A program made the position numbers and the translations under genes. A DNA stretch of 64,000 bases from Pseudomonadota bacterium (GTDB lineage Bacteria > Pseudomonadota > Alphaproteobacteria > Rhizobiales > CBDHHC01), in NCBI GenBank assembly GCA_039033475.1, contig JBCCCO010000002.1, positions 3,294 to 67,293 on the forward strand, in the 5' to 3' direction. A model generated the notes under the pieces. It ran no database searches and was not told the origin of the DNA. It saw nothing but the letters and a program-made list of their open reading frames with translations. Below, piece after piece: positions 63,002 through 64,000 of this stretch; within the stretch, counting starts at the first letter, position 1; each line of letters begins with the position of its first letter.

Positions 63002-64000
63002 TTATTCTTCTATTTCCGTTTCGTTTTCCATTTCTGGGTCATCTAGGGTATCATATTCAATTTTATCAATATGCTGAATTTCCGCATTAGGAAAATGGGC
63101 AAACATATTTTGCATGAAAGGATGCTGATTGACGAGTGCTAATTCCGCTTCATGTTTTTCTTGGCGTTCTTCGGCAAGCGTTTTTCGTCCCTGTTTTTGC
63201 GATAATGAGACAATCCAGCGGTATTTAGTCCAGCCTGTAAGTTTTTGTCCAAGGTCATTAGCCAAGTTGGCTGGAGCAGTTGGGTCGATATTCAATTCTA
63301 TGTGTCCGGGCTTGAAACTAACCAGACGTGCATATTTCTCTAGGCTAATTTTAAGTTTTAGGTCCCGTTTTGAAGAGATGTATGCAACAACAGCTTCAAA
63401 ATCATTAAGCTCTATGTTCTGTTCTGGCAAATCAATTGCAGGGGAGGGAGCGTGTTGGGGGGCTGGCGCAGAAGCATAGAGAGCAGATGCGCCTTGTCCT
63501 CCTGAAACCACATGCATATGGGCTTTCGGAGAAGATGAGGGAGACTGAGGCGTTGTTTGCTGTTGTGCAGCACCATTGTACTGGCCACCTTGCATGCTGC
63601 GAATAATCTCATCAGGCGGAGGAAGGTCTGCGACATGGGCCATTCGAATTAAAATCATTTCAACTGCTGCTATGGGTTGAGGTGCAGTTTCTGTTTCCGT
63701 AAGCCCTTTAAGCAGCATTTGCCACGCGCGTCCGAGCAAGGGAAGAGATAAACGTTCCGCAAAGTTAAGGGCTGAACTGTGTTCGGCTTCACTTAAATTC
63801 TGGCCGGATGACTTTTGTGATCGGGTTACTTTTAGGCGCGTCATCATATGCACGGCTTCGGCCATATCAGCCAACAATTGTAATGGGTCAACGCCATCTT
63901 GGTATAATGCATCGAGCTTTTCTAAAGCATTGGCGGTATTGCCTTGAAATACTGCATCAAGCAATTCAAAGACGCGCATACGGTCTGCAAGCCCCAGCAT
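63002..64000 (-). CDS. dnaX: DNA polymerase III subunit gamma/tau, C-terminal part (5' end beyond the window)
   Basis: Open to the window edge; domain III-like LGLADRMRVFELLDAVFQGN..., proline/glutamine-rich linker and tau-specific C-terminus; dnaX-ybaB-recR order. Confidence 0.88.
   Translation of the reverse strand: MLGLADRMRVFELLDAVFQGNTANALEKLDALYQDGVDPLQLLADMAEAVHMMTRLKVTRSQKSSGQNLSEAEHSSALNFAERLSLPLLGRAWQMLLKGLTETETAPQPIAAVEMILIRMAHVADLPPPDEIIRSMQGGQYNGAAQQQTTPQSPSSSPKAHMHVVSGGQGASALYASAPAPQHAPSPAIDLPEQNIELNDFEAVVAYISSKRDLKLKISLEKYARLVSFKPGHIELNIDPTAPANLANDLGQKLTGWTKYRWIVSLSQKQGRKTLAEERQEKHEAELALVNQHPFMQNMFAHFPNAEIQHIDKIEYDTLDDPEMENETEIEE

Noticed and set aside
1-64000. Search for tRNA, rRNA, tmRNA, 4.5S RNA, integrase, transposase or prophage genes
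   Set aside because: I found no T-loop GGTTCGAATC-type motifs, no rRNA-like conserved blocks and no DDE or tyrosine-recombinase-like ORFs. ffs often precedes dnaX, but here it would lie beyond the window edge.

Overview
This 64-kb window looks like a moderately AT-rich alphaproteobacterial chromosome. The lineage call is an inference from synteny and gene families: irr divergent from fabA-fabB-fabI, lysC-ptsP-prfA, long-form dcd, ArsR/methyltransferase-metF-metH, a SAM-II leader on metZ, and dnaX-ybaB-recR. About 85% of the window is densely packed housekeeping genes with clear motif support: dac, tmk, holB, metG, tatD, gyrA, coaD, murI, fabIBA, irr, ubiG, lysC, ptsP, prfA, trkH, apaG, metZ, dcd, moeB, dut, coaBC, ubiBE, mutM, fmt, metF, split metH, der, recR, ybaB and dnaX. 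I found no rRNA, tRNA, CRISPR array, transposase, integrase or phage genes. Two things stand out. (1) An accessory stretch lies at about 22.3-36.1 kb, directly after prfA. It holds an orphan TadG-like vWA protein and a 1,764/1,770-aa alpha-2-macroglobulin with an intact CAEQ thioester motif but no pbpC partner. Immediately upstream on the same strand is a visibly AT-richer 1,924-aa gene. Its product has no signal peptide and is built from a cadherin-like domain, about five tandem beta-prism-II (bulb-lectin / LlpA-bacteriocin-like) modules, and a roughly 740-aa C-terminal region I cannot assign, ending in a glycine-zipper-like hydrophobic segment. This is my best candidate for an undescribed system (giant lectin-type toxin or adhesin plus a thioester protease trap). 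(2) A family of nested palindromic, MITE/REP-like intergenic elements is present, with core GTCATTCC(C/A)GCGAAAGC(G/T)GGAATCT (8-bp stem plus GAAA loop). I count 14 cores at 10 intergenic loci plus one core-less arm. Smaller points: a SAM-II-like riboswitch followed by a terminator-like hairpin upstream of metZ; metH split exactly at the Hcy/pterin domain linker; ubiG with a conserved N-terminus but no canonical start codon; and a 21-bp-arm hairpin in the fabA-irr divergent region. All calls come from reading the sequence and translations. No database search was run.
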